A stretch of DNA of 64,000 nt, taken from Octopus vulgaris (Eukaryota). The notes under the pieces are model-generated. The model was not told the origin of the DNA and made no database searches. It saw only the letters and a list, made by a program, of their open reading frames with translations. Positions 24,795-37,004 of this stretch are shown piece by piece (within the stretch, counting starts at the first letter, position 1; each line of letters begins with the position of its first letter). Made by a program: the position numbers and the translations under genes. The DNA is taken from NCBI GenBank assembly GCA_951406725.2, contig OX597823.1:25172001-25236000 (forward strand). The letters run 5' to 3'.

Positions 24795-24984
24795 TCCGGG
24801 ACGTCCTACGTCCCAGATATAAAGGTAAAGATAAAATATTTCCACATTGCAAGTTCGAGTCAAGTACTCCCTTGCACGCTCCGTTGACTCGAACCTTGCT
24901 TCTATTGTGGCGAATTTACCGCCTCTGATTAGATATCTTTCGTAGTCGCACCAAGACACTTTTCGAAGGTGCTTTCCTCCATGT
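24795..24984 (-). pseudogene. Fragment of a second, diverged L1/Tx1-type ORF1
   Basis: YLIRGGKFATIEARFESTERARE...FYL/PLYLGRRTSR (joined across frameshifts) aligns with YMTKGLEYGTITVQFKSEKAARN...FYLFPSYLNRRTTR of ORF 25379-26062. Confidence 0.7.
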
Positions 24985-26330
24985 AATTTCTTTATTACCC
25001 ACCAGGGGCTACGAAGAATGGCGGACATAACAAAACATGGGGGACATAGAACAATATGATTAAATTTATGAGCAAATGAAAATGAAAAAATGATAATATG
25101 AAAGCGATGCTAACGGCCCCCTCCGCCAGCATCACTTACCTGTCCTTTTGTTTTCACTGTCACCTGAATGTTCATTCCCAATACGAAGACCATCCATATC
25201 CATTCTTACTCCGAAACTGTCCTCCATATATTCCACGAATTCATCGCTCATTCTTGTATCTTTCACCTCCCAATTCTCCCTTTCACACCTCAACACAAAC
25301 TCATCTATATTCTTCTTTTCCAGCACTGTATATCTGGTCCCATCCATTTCATACCATTCATACTCCTCCATTACCCTTTTAAGAGCAGTAGGCTCTTATG
25401 TGACCCCTCAGGCCACACTTGTAGCACCTGGGCGCCCTACCCTCCACCCATACTCTCATAATAATATTTCCAGTTTTTATACTGTCCGTAAGCTTTTCTA
25501 TAACTTCCGCCTCCGTCTGTATGTTCATTACTAGTGTGGCACCTCTCACGCCTTCATATTTCATAATGGCGTGGAGGATGTCCACTTTATCTTCATTTCC
25601 TTTGATAACCGCAGCCGTTATTAATTCGCCCTCTAGGTGTGGAGGTATTCCTTCCACCCTAATTCTGGTGGTCCTTCTATTCAAATACGAGGGGAACAAG
25701 TAAAACTTTTCTGTACACACCACCTTGGCTGCTATATTCCTGGCTGCTTTCTCACTTTTAAATTGTACCGTTATGGTTCCATATTCTAATCCTTTTGTCA
25801 TGTACACAATTTCTTCTCCTGTCTGTTTGAGAGCCTCTTCAATTGCTTCCATGTTAATCACTTCCATTTTTCTACCTCCATTCATAACTACTTTATATTT
25901 AATGGTTCTACGATGGAACCAGTCTCCGCGCCCTGCTGGAGGCAGCAGCTCGACCTCTCCGTTCTCGTCCTCCTTCATGAACTCCTGGAAGCCCGTCAAC
26001 TTAGCCAGGTCTATCTCTTTTTCTGTTGACTTCTTCGTTACACCTGCGTAGGTGCTTTCCATTTTTTCACCGCCAACTCCTCCTCAGATGTCGACGAATT
26101 TTCAGAGAAATTTCTCCCTTCCATCTCATCCGTTTGGTAGAGGCGGCTCATAGTCGCCTCAGACCGAAAAACGGCCTCCCGAACAGAAAACGTGCGATGC
26201 ACAGAACCAGTGCGACGCGAAACCGCACCAACCGACGTTCCAATTCCGCAACCACAATTCACTTTTTGTTCTTTTTTCTTTTTTAACCGAATTTTACAGA
26301 GCGCAAGAAAAAACGCGACCTTTTTTCTCT
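24985..26330 (-). mobile_element. ORF1-only non-LTR retroelement (HAL1-like)
   Basis: L1-like 5' end (ggtcgcgttttttcttgcgctc), a gag-like ORF with a CCHC knuckle, no ORF2, and a 3' end gcccctggtgggtAATAAAGAAAtt. Confidence 0.65.
25379..26062 (-). CDS. Gag-like ORF1 protein with CCHC zinc knuckle (probably the central part of a frameshifted ~340-aa ORF, 26151-25132)
   Basis: 227-aa ORF with TYAGVTKK, RIRVEGIPPHL and CYKCGLRGHIRAYC (C-X2-C-X4-H-X4-C). Single-base shifts would join it to the upstream MSRLYQ...AVKK and the downstream MEEYEW... ORFs. Confidence 0.75.
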   Translation of the reverse strand: MESTYAGVTKKSTEKEIDLAKLTGFQEFMKEDENGEVELLPPAGRGDWFHRRTIKYKVVMNGGRKMEVINMEAIEEALKQTGEEIVYMTKGLEYGTITVQFKSEKAARNIAAKVVCTEKFYLFPSYLNRRTTRIRVEGIPPHLEGELITAAVIKGNEDKVDILHAIMKYEGVRGATLVMNIQTEAEVIEKLTDSIKTGNIIMRVWVEGRAPRCYKCGLRGHIRAYCS

Positions 26331-26334
26331 ACAT

Positions 26335-26839
26335 TGTATACTTTATAGACAATAGTTTTTTCTTTAATTTAATTTTTTATTATCCATCTGGACTATTCCA
26401 TTTCTGCATGCTAATTTTATTTTTAATTTATTCCCATTCATGTGAAACCACTTATTCAAGTTTAAATCATTGATGCAATTTTATACCAATTGCTATTTTT
26501 ACTTTTGTTATGTTACGATTATATTATACTTTAGTTTGATTTTAATTATTACTTACTACATATAATTCAATTGTTATTATTTTTATTGTTAAAGTGAAAT
26601 AGAGAAATATTTTTGTTTCACTTTTAACACGTAATACTGAAATAGTGGAGAAGATATGATATTGCTATGGGCTCGCTCTAGGCAAGAAGTTGAACATTTT
26701 TTTTTGCCCATGAAACTATACGGACCCTAAGTAAGGCATGTGTTAAATTTGAATGAAATTGGTTGTGTAGTTCTCAAGTTTTAGGGAAACACACAGACAG
26801 ACAGACAGACACACATTCTCAGTTTTATATATATAAAGA
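26335..26839 (-). mobile_element. Non-autonomous Helitron, 5' portion
   Basis: Minus strand starts A|TCtttatatatataaaactgagaatgtgtgtctgtctgtctg, the same start style as 23003 and 52812. No 3' CTAG end found. Confidence 0.65.
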
Positions 26840-26875
26840 TATATATATACATACACATGCACACACATACATTCA

Positions 26876-28987
26876 CAGAGGTGGATACTGTTAATTGAAA
26901 AGTTAACTTTGTTAATTGTTAATCTGTTAACTAAAAAGTTAATTTTGTTAATCCATTAAATCTTTGCAAATGTAATGGAAGTTAATGCTAATCCATTAAC
27001 ATTAACTTTTATTGAAAAACAGCATAACTACAGTTACCCCACCGACTTTGTTGCCTCATAACTTCCAGAAAAATGCATACTTTTTAACGAAACCTTCACC
27101 AAACAATTGCTTATATCCTGTAGATTGAGTGTATGAAAAAATTTGTCGGAAAAAATTTTCTGAAGGGTTGGGAAGAGGAGTTTCTGAAAATTCACAGGAC
27201 CCTACATTTTAGCTCCTCATAACTTACTGGAAAATAGGTCTTGTTTAATGAAATTTTATACAAATACCTTTTAGACAGTGTAGATTATGATTACAAAGAA
27301 ATTTGTAGGCAAATTTTTTGGAAGGGGTGGGGGTGGAGTTTCTGGAAAATGGAGTTTTGGATGGGACAACCCACATAAGTTGGAATTTCTCTGTTTTGTT
27401 GGGGATTTTTCCAATGTTGTCTCCACCAGTCATCAGAATGATGAAAGGCATCTTTTCATCTTTTCACAAAGAAAAAAAAAAGAAAAAAAATTTGAATGTT
27501 TTTTTTGTTGTTGCTATGCACTTAAAACCCATGAGAGAAACATTTTCCGTTTTAAAAAAAATTGTTAATAATTTCAGAGGAAAATGTATTAGTTAAGGGA
27601 GATCTGGCTCTTGTTTCTAGCACATCTCCAAACCTCCCTCCTCGTTTCTTATTCTCACATCTATTGATACTTTTCAATATTTTTCTCCCCATAAACAAAT
27701 TTTATGGAATGATAATGTCAAAGTAACATACGTCTAGTCCCAACTGAGTGAGGCCGTGTTATGTGCGTGTGTGTGTGTGTGTGTAAGAAAAAACACCTAG
27801 ACATCTTTAGTGTTCATATTAATCTGTCAAATGTAATACTAATTTGTTCATATTATTTTTAATTATTCAGGTTCAAGAGGGGTTTCCACAATATTTGCTT
27901 ATATCTTTCTAAATTTTTTACATAGAGATTTGAAATTTTGTCAGTGGGTGCTCACTGGTTTAGAGCTATGTAATTTTAGTTGATCTTGCTGAGTAAATTT
28001 GACTTTTATGGACAGGTAAATTTAACTAACAGGTATAAAAGCAATAACATGATGGATAAACACTAACATTAAAATTCTTAATGAATCTTACTTGTTTGAT
28101 TTGTTACTAAAATTATCCCAGATGGCAACCAACAAATATTTTGCCACTTTTCAAGATGAAGTACATTAATTTGAATCAATTAAAATACAGGTATAATTGG
28201 CACAAGATTTTATTCTTTTAGTAAATATTTTGTACCTCAGTGTGTAATAATTTTTTTCCACAATTTTTGCGGGTGCATTCAATATATCTCAACCACCAAA
28301 CCCACCACAAGCCACTTTTTTTTCCGGGAAAAGAAAGGTGGGAGGGGAAGTTTTGTTTTGCAGGTCTTTTTTTCTTTTCTAAGTTATTTTGTATGCTTTC
28401 AACAAATGTGATATCGAAATCACATTTGAATGACTCCTTTTTCCAGAATAGGAAAGATTTGGCTGCTATTTCTAGAATGCCCTGCTACCATGTAATAGCT
28501 ATTTGCTTTCACACTGAAATATTTACCAACTTTTTTTCTTCCATTTATTTTTTTCCACTTTATGGAAGTCAATATTTTCTCAAACATCCACCTCAGCGAG
28601 GTCATGGATCAAGTGGAAACACATCAATCACTGCTCCCTCTTGACAAGACAAAGAAATTTCCTGCTGTCTTTGCAAGCAACAAGCGGGTGGATTTGGTTT
28701 CAAATCCAGGCAGGGCCAAACGAGGTCCTACAAGTTATTTATAATAATAAGTGGCATTATATTGGGGTTGAAAGAACAACGCGTACAATATTGAATGTGC
28801 TAAGACAATCTGAAAACAATAGAAACTTTTAAAGGAAATTTTTGGGTTAATGGACTTGAGTTAAATGACGCTAAATGTAATGGAAGTTAATTAGTCTGAT
28901 AATGATTTTCAAAGTTAACTTTAAAAATTTAAATAGTTAATGAAAATGTTAACTTTGTTAATTAATGATTAATGGAATTACGCCCAG

Positions 28988-28992
<5 letters not shown>
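26876..28992. mobile_element. Non-autonomous DNA transposon (hAT-like termini)
   Basis: Termini cagaggtgg / ccagctctg, with arrays of gttaac/gttaat subterminal repeats at both ends (26890-27010 and 28870-28980). TSD obscured by flanking microsatellites. Confidence 0.6.
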
Positions 28993-29027
<35 letters not shown>

Positions 29028-30930
29028 TATACACACACCTCTGTGTGTGTAATGTGTATATTGAGGATATATGTTCAGATTTTCAAGTAAACAGCATAGG
29101 TAGTGGAAGAACCACTTTCAGACTGGTTAATGTTTGTTAATTTCAGCTTTTCTCTCCAGACATTCATTCTGTTGCAAGTCTATATTTTAAACATGTACAT
29201 TATACAAATCTATATAAAAAAAAAAAGATACTTCATCAGTTATCATGTAAAATAGTTTTTTCTTGTGTAAGCTAAGCAACATTAGGTCATGATATAATTC
29301 TGAAACAATGCAAGGACAAAATCTTTTTGAAATATTTGATAAAATATAAAATGTTCATGAATAAGTTATAGGTGAAACAAATCAAAGGTTAAGGATTATT
29401 TTTCCCTAGGAAATGTGAAAATATGTTAAATGTGTTCCATTATTATTTTATTTGATATTAAAGAAGGGACAACGAGGATTATTGATTTGTCAAAATAGGT
29501 CATGGTGACAAATGATTAAGAACTGTAGCTTTTAGCTATTTGTCTGCAGTCTGGCAAGGTTTAGAAGAAATTTAACAAACAATAACTGGTCTGGAACTTA
29601 TCTTTCTATACTCTTTAGCTGAGGATGTAAGATGTTTCTGTAAGATTCTCTTCATTGCAAAACTTACTTCTAAGATGATTTCTACCTTGTGGCCAATGAA
29701 GGTGTCTCTACAAAGTCACTTGACCTGACAGAAGTAGCTACCAAGTGTCCCTTAAGTCACAGTGTGCTGTCTTAAGAAAAGAACAGCAAGGAAACAGACA
29801 ATATTCTCTGTGATATACAAAATGACTGGAGGGTTATAACTGGAATGCCTTTTGCTGTATATCTGTTCAGTCAAAACTGACTTAGGACTAAACAAGAATA
29901 ATATACATGATATCATCATTGTTTCAATGCCTACTTTTCCATGCTCACATGGGTCAGATGGAATATGTTGAAGTGGATTTTCTATGGCTGGATGCCCTTC
30001 CTGTCACCAACCCTCACTTCTTTCCAAGTATAGTAACATTTCCCTGTGCAGTACACTGATGAACCTCAGTTATCACAAAAATCAAAGTAAGGAGACAGTA
30101 ACATACACACACACACACTCACACACACACATGATGGGCTTCTTTCAGTTTCTTTTTACTAAATCCATTCACAAGGCTTTTTATGTCTGTTTTTCCATTT
30201 TGGTATGATTTACATGAAACTTATTGAAGCATATTTTCACAACTGAATGCTATTTCTTTTGCCAACCTAGATTGGTTTTACAAGGTGTTTTTCATTCCAC
30301 TCGTTCTCACTTGTCCACTTAATTCTAGGATATTGTGTACTGAAGAGTGTAAACAATGTCACTGTATTTTTGCTCTGATGATGTTATATATGAAGACATA
30401 GAATTGACATTCACATACGTGTATGTGTGCTCACACACACCACACAAATACACAATAAACTTCCTACAGTTTCCATCTACCATTTGCACTCATGAAACAT
30501 TGTTTGGCCCAAGGCTTATAATAGAAGACACCTACCCAAGATGGGACTGAACCTGAAATCGCATGGTTGTGAAGTGAACTTTCTAACCATACAGCTTTAC
30601 CTGTGTGTATGTGTGTGTATATATCGTGATTACATGACTGACCAGACTATCATATGTTGTTACACATTGCTGATCACAATGCACTTCGCATCATTTAAGC
30701 CATCAAATGATGCCACTCCACTGGCCAGGTGAGCAGACTAACATTCCCCCTTGATCGAAAGAGGACTGGAGCAGTGTGAAATGAAATGTTTTGCTCAAGA
30801 ACACAATGCATGGCCCAATCTGGGAATTGAACTCATAATCACTAGACCATGAATGCAACAGCCTAACCGCTAAGCCACTTGCAGCTCAGTATACTAATTG
30901 TTTAGTTTTCATGCTGTATTTCATTTATAG

Positions 30931-30963
30931 AAAACAAGAGTCAAGAAAGAGAATCAAAAGCAA
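30931..30963 (+). other. Candidate 33-nt exon (5' UTR of the KLC gene or of a host gene)
   Basis: Branch-like actaat, pyrimidine-rich tract ...tcatttatAG, purine-rich 33 nt, then GTaact. Confidence 0.3.
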
Positions 30964-32194
30964 GTAACTATTGGGAATTGAACCAGCAACTGTTTTTTTC
31001 TTTTTTGTTTTGTCATCTGTTAATTGTATCTGCATAATGCTTTAAGCTCTGTATCCTAGATTATTCCTAAAGAAATAATTTACATTAGTTAAGCATGAAT
31101 GTTTTACAGTCAGCATTTGTCTATTTTTCTGTGCTGGCATGTGTTGGGTAGGTCTTCTCCAGTATGATGTCTTGTTACTTGTGATCTGTCATCTACTTCA
31201 TTTACTACATCTTCCCATATCTTATTTCATCTCCCTTCCCTGTAAACTCCTTTCAGTTGGTTTACATTTTCTTTTTACTGCTTTATGCATCACAAGTATG
31301 TACCAGTGAAGTCATTTCTATTATTGCATACTACAGCTAGTTTTTCTGATGTTCATTTTCTGTCACTTCAACTATGTTTTATCATTCATGCACATTGACT
31401 TTTAACATCCAGAGGAGCATTCTTGTCTCCTAAAATAAAAATGAATGCCATATGTTTAGTGTCAGTATAGTGTCTATAATATAATAAATGTAAAACAGAG
31501 TTGTTTCATTTCTACCCTTCACTAATACTCCATTAGTTCAAATTCCACCAAGGCTGAGTTTACTTGATGCAGTCTTCTGGCTTGCCAGTTCCTGTCAAAC
31601 TATCCAATCCATACCAGCATGGAAAACAGACATTAAATGATGATGATGTCAGTAAACTAAAGTCAAATTCTAAGGATTAATTTAATCAACTGATTCTGAT
31701 ATCTCTTAGACATCTCCTAGTAATAATAATAGTTTATAACATGGGCACAAGGCCACACACAATTCAAGAGTGATAGTCAATTAAATAAATACATGTTTTC
31801 CTTGACTGATACTTTATCAACCCCAGAAACCCAGAATGATGAGTCATAGATGACCTTATTAGAGTTTGAACCCAAAGTGTAAAAGCCAGAAAAATAACAC
31901 AAAGCATTGTTTGACACTACAATGTTTCTGCCTATTCAAATAATACTGATTTCTAATATAGGTACAAGACCAGAAATTAAGTGGAAGGGAAATGCTTGAT
32001 TATATTATACTAGGTGCTTTATTTTATTGACCCAGTTAGAATGAAAGCAAAGTTGAAGTCAACAAGATTTGAACTCAGAATGTAAAGAATTTTGTATGAG
32101 ACTTAAAATTCTGCCAATTTTTATAATATGCAATTGTGTATGTAATTGTATTTACCAAATAAAAAAAAAAAAGCAAACATTTTATGTACATGCT

Positions 32195-32221
32195 TGTAAC
32201 TTGTGTTTTTTTTTCTTCTAG
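32195..32221 (+). promoter_or_regulatory. Strong 3' splice acceptor upstream of the KLC ORF
   Basis: tgtaacttgtgtttttttttcttctAG, 298 nt before the ATG. Confidence 0.55.
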
Positions 32222-32519
32222 CTTGAAGATGCCCCCTCTTCTTTGAGGACACAAATTGACATGCAGAATACCATAGCCGAGCATTGTTATAATCATCAAC
32301 TTTGGAGATTACCTTATCTACCAGAATTGGGAACTAAAAGTTCTTTCCAGAGACGCAAACATTCCTACATAATTCTTTAAACTAACATGACCAGAATAGT
32401 TATTATTCTGTTTAAATTATAATTAAATTATTTAAGTTCTAATTATGACAATGCAAATATTTAAAGAAGCTTAAGCAATTCCTACTACTTTCGAGGGAAA
32501 ATACTATTAGAGAATAAAA

Positions 32520-33971
32520 ATGGAGAAAAGTGACTTAGATGAGAATTTTACATACCAAGATGATATCATTCGTCGCACACGGAAAGCAATCCGTGATTTG
32601 CATACACTTCGTAATGAACACCTCAGCATCATCAATAATATCAAAATGAATTTCAAAAGCAATGTAGTTGATACAAATGATATAACAGTAGAAAAACTTG
32701 ATGTTTTGAAACATTCCCAAGAAGCAATAGACTTGGCTTTGGAAGAAGCAGAAATAACAATGCTTTTGACAAAACATTTGCAGTATCTTGAAGGAGAGAA
32801 CTTGAAACTGCGTACTGAGGTGTCACTTCTGAGAAAAGAGAATGATTGGTTAAGAAGTGAATTGTTAGATGCTCAGACCAAATTGCAAAACTGTCAAGAA
32901 TCTCTTGTAGTTGCTGAGGAGAAAATAAAGCACTTTGAGTTCATGAAAGAGTTAAATTTTGATGAGAATGAAGAAAAAACTGATTATGATAGTGAGGGCA
33001 AATGCCGCCCTTCATCTTTTGATTTGAGTTTCTTGGATGACATTGTAGAAGATGCAGAAAGTCCTGGCTATGAAATTCCTGCTCGATTCCGATCGTTGTA
33101 TGACTTAATAACACAGTATGTTATGCAAGGTCGACATCAGGTGGCATTAACTTTATGCAAGCAAACAATACAGAATTTAGAAAAAACTAGTCGGTTTAAC
33201 CCTGAAGAAGCTATAGTCCTACATATGCAGGCTCGCATCTATAAAGATATGGGCAACATGCAAGAAGCTGTCAGAGTGTTAAAAGCTGCTCTTTTAATAA
33301 GAGAAAACACTGTAGGTCATGAACATCCTTCTGTGGCAGCAGTTCTAAATAACCTTGCTGTGATGTATGGAAAAAGTGGTAATTTCAAAGATGCTGAAAA
33401 AATGTGTAAGAGAGCTCTGGAAATAAAAGAGAAAATTCATGGTACTTATCATCCTTCGGTGGCAAAATTATTCAATAATCTGGCACTTCTCTGTCAAAAT
33501 CAAAACAAATATGAACAAGCAGAGTACTATTACAATCAGTCTTTGGAAATATATAAATCTATGTTTGGAAATGATCATATGTCGGTAATGAAAAGTAAAA
33601 ATAACCATGCTTCTTTATATCTTCGGCAAGGAAAGTATCGGCAAGCTCAGGATATCTACAGAGAGGTTCTTATACAGTTTTGTGAAAAGAAATACGGTAG
33701 CATCGATGATGACAGTGGGCATACTTTAACTCCTCAGGAACAAGAAAATGGTGGCTTGTTAATCTATTATATAAAAAAAATATGCGAACGGAGTAAAATG
33801 GGTTTGAACGTTTTTAAGAATCCTGCATTGATCACAACTTTGGTGAACATGGGTATACTTCATAGACTTATTGGTAAAAACAAAGAAGCTTCTCTCTTTG
33901 AAGAGAGTGTCTTTAGAATGAAAAAGACTAACAGCCGCTATAAACTAGTAGCAGTTCCTGAAGAAAATTGA
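32520..33971 (+). CDS. KLC: Kinesin light chain, intronless and diverged (probable retrogene)
   Basis: 483-aa uninterrupted ORF. N-terminal heptad region (LRTEVSLLRKENDWLRSEL), GYEIPARFRSL, and KLC-type TPRs (HPSVAAVLNNLAVMYGKSG, CKRALEIKEK, VAKLFNNLALLCQNQNKY). Confidence 0.95.
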   Translation: MEKSDLDENFTYQDDIIRRTRKAIRDLHTLRNEHLSIINNIKMNFKSNVVDTNDITVEKLDVLKHSQEAIDLALEEAEITMLLTKHLQYLEGENLKLRTEVSLLRKENDWLRSELLDAQTKLQNCQESLVVAEEKIKHFEFMKELNFDENEEKTDYDSEGKCRPSSFDLSFLDDIVEDAESPGYEIPARFRSLYDLITQYVMQGRHQVALTLCKQTIQNLEKTSRFNPEEAIVLHMQARIYKDMGNMQEAVRVLKAALLIRENTVGHEHPSVAAVLNNLAVMYGKSGNFKDAEKMCKRALEIKEKIHGTYHPSVAKLFNNLALLCQNQNKYEQAEYYYNQSLEIYKSMFGNDHMSVMKSKNNHASLYLRQGKYRQAQDIYREVLIQFCEKKYGSIDDDSGHTLTPQEQENGGLLIYYIKKICERSKMGLNVFKNPALITTLVNMGILHRLIGKNKEASLFEESVFRMKKTNSRYKLVAVPEEN

Positions 33972-34037
33972 TTTATACTGTATACATACATACACACATA
34001 CTGTTCTACACTACTACAACTCAGTTTATCACATCAC

Positions 34038-34043
34038 AATAAA
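34038..34043 (+). terminator. Candidate polyadenylation signal for KLC
   Basis: AATAAA about 67 nt after the stop codon. A second one at about 34247. Confidence 0.4.
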
Positions 34044-37004
34044 TTATTGTGTAATTAAGGTGCTGCACTCATAATGAATGCCTATACACACTGTTCAAGT
34101 CATACAACATAAATTCTACTGCATCATTTATGGATCACATGCACTTCAATCTTTGTACTTCAAACTCAAATAGAAAGTACAAGACTCTTAATGTTTGATA
34201 TATAATTGTAGTCAAGCAGGCACGTTACTCTGCACACTCTATTGGGAATAAATTTCACTTTGCATGTAAGCTGCATTGATGTTTACTCAGAGTGGAATTA
34301 AGGTACTGTTTACATTTTTTTTCACCTGACACTCTACTTTCCTTGGTGTCTACCACTTCCACTGTTTAAGATAAAGGGCAATAAAATTTAAGACTCCAAC
34401 TCCACCAAGTGAAAATTTATAAACTTCCATACCCGTCCAAACCTGAAAGTCAAAAATAAAATACAGAACAAAAAAGTAACACTAAAATCTATAATATCAG
34501 ACCTGATTTGTTATAAATTATCAGAACGGTAAACATAATGAATACTTCTGAATGAATTAGGAATTCTAAAATTTTAAAACATTTCCTGTGATCTTTTTAC
34601 ACCTTGTTTGTTTACTACTGTTATGATAACTTTCATGCACTTAATTTATTTCAGGCTAACTTCAGAAATATTTAACATTTTCAACTCCATTACTGACAGC
34701 AGCTTAATATATATGCATTTTGGTATACAGACAGGGGAAAGTGCTCAGAACATGTACACTATTTGTTTGAAACTGGTAATTTAATTCTTTGCTCTTCAAG
34801 TTTTTGCCAGGTGCAATTCTTCAGATGACAAAAAGAGGAAACATTGACTGTGGCAAGTGATGGAATGAATCATTGGATTTGAAAAACTATACATATATAC
34901 ATATATATAGTTAAACTTTCATTGTCTAAATTTAGATGGGTAGGGTATATTTGTTCAGATAACTGATCTGAACAAAAGACATCATATTGAACAAAATTAC
35001 AAAACCTTGAAATATTGTTCTAATAATCTGAAATATGTACAATGTTATGTTCAATTGTACTTTATTACATTTAGCCAAATCATTAATGAGCTCTCTACAG
35101 TAAAAACATGTAAATGAAGCTATCCCCTATGGTAATAGTTTATTTTCTGATTGCTGTATATACAACAGCTGAATATTCTATGCTGTTGATTGGGGAACAA
35201 GATTGGGTATGTCTTTTCTGAGGAGTGGTTGACAAATTGTGAAATGTGGGACTCCCCCATCCTTTTATTTCATGTAAAGAAAGCATAAAATGAATGTTTA
35301 CTTTCTAATAGTTCAATATCATAGCTAAAGCCTTGTAATATTTAAATATGTGTCTGTGTGTGTGTGTATGTATGGTATGAAATTAATGGTGATATATATA
35401 TATATATATATATATATAAGTAAAGAATGGCTGAATGGCCAAGCTTGCTTCACAGTTATGAGGTTTTGGGTTCAATTGCATTGTGTGGAATCTTTGGCAA
35501 GTGCCTTTACCATAGTCCTGGGTCACCTCAAGTTTTGTTAGTGAAATTGGGTAGACAGATGAACTGTACCAATAACTTTAAGTGCAACCTTCTCAAACTG
35601 TGTCATGCTAGTAGTATTTCAGAATTATGTTAAAGATACAAGTGTCTGTGAAATATTCAACCACTTTGCGTGCTAATTCAGTAAGTTGGTTATTGAGTTG
35701 ATTGAATTGCTGGATGCGCAATCAATCATAATCAGTAGGTTAGTTAAATTAGTTAAGTATAACCATTGCATCATGTCTTTTTATTGGTAGAATAATGCTT
35801 CCAAAACATACCTGTTTCAACTCCAATTTTCACATCAAGGCTTGGAATGTGTGTGTGTGTGTATACACACATATGCGTATTTATTGAATCTGTGGCATAT
35901 TGAAGGTTCCCTCTGCTTGGTTTGGTGATCCCTTGTCTCCTTTTGTTACAACTCTGATATATATGAATAAATGTGTATTTATATTATCAAAAGGATGAAA
36001 CAGCAGAAAACCAAGAAAGGAAAAGAAAATGAGAAATTCTGCTTGTATAATGTGTGTAGTAAGAAGAAAAATATTTACAAACACATTTCTTTTATCTTTC
36101 ATTGCAAATTTCCTATTAAATTCTGATTTTATGGTATGGAGTACCTAGTCAATTGTAATCATTGCAAAACTCTAAAGTAATACTTTAATGAAGAAAAGAT
36201 GTATGCAAATATATGCTGACTGAATAGAGATCTGATGGAACTAGGTATAAATAGTGAGGGAATTTTGCTTGTCAGACATGAAATTTGAGTAGCTGTTAGT
36301 TGTGTTTGGACTTGAAAATGTTAACATTGTTATTCATTTTTCTTACTATTAAACAACATTGGTGTAACAAATACAATTTATTTATTGAACAATGCATTGT
36401 TATATCATATGGACTGAGGAAAAAAAAAAAACCTAATATAATATGATCAAATATAAATCTCAATTATTTTTTACAAATTAAATTGTTGAATTATGGCTTT
36501 TATTGTATTAGTTTTTGTTTCTTGTAACATCTGCCAGATAGCAACTATTTACCTGATTCATATTACACTCTGCTTGTCTTTCTGCATGCCTGTTTCTCTT
36601 AAATACATTGTCTCACTAACTTTTTCTTGTTGTTCACTTTCACCAATATTAGTTCTTTTCTTTTGCTACTTCCATTCTCTCTCCCTCTGTTTCTTTTCTC
36701 TCTATACTGTCACTCTTTATTCCCTTTCTTTTTTCCTATTCTTTCCATTGTCCCTGTTTAACCCTGTTCTCCCTCACTCAATCAGTCTTTATACTTTCCT
36801 TCTTTCCTCTTTCACATTTTCACCAGCTGCTACCTTCTAGTGTTTTAGACCTACTTGCAAAAATTTACAAAAACAAGAAATGGCCCTCACATGATTGGTT
36901 TTCTAATGAACAACTACAGTATTTTGTTAAATCCTAAAAAATAAATAATCTTCAATAATGTTGATGAGGATTTTTAAAAGCTTGCCATTATTTTAAATCT
37001 CTCT

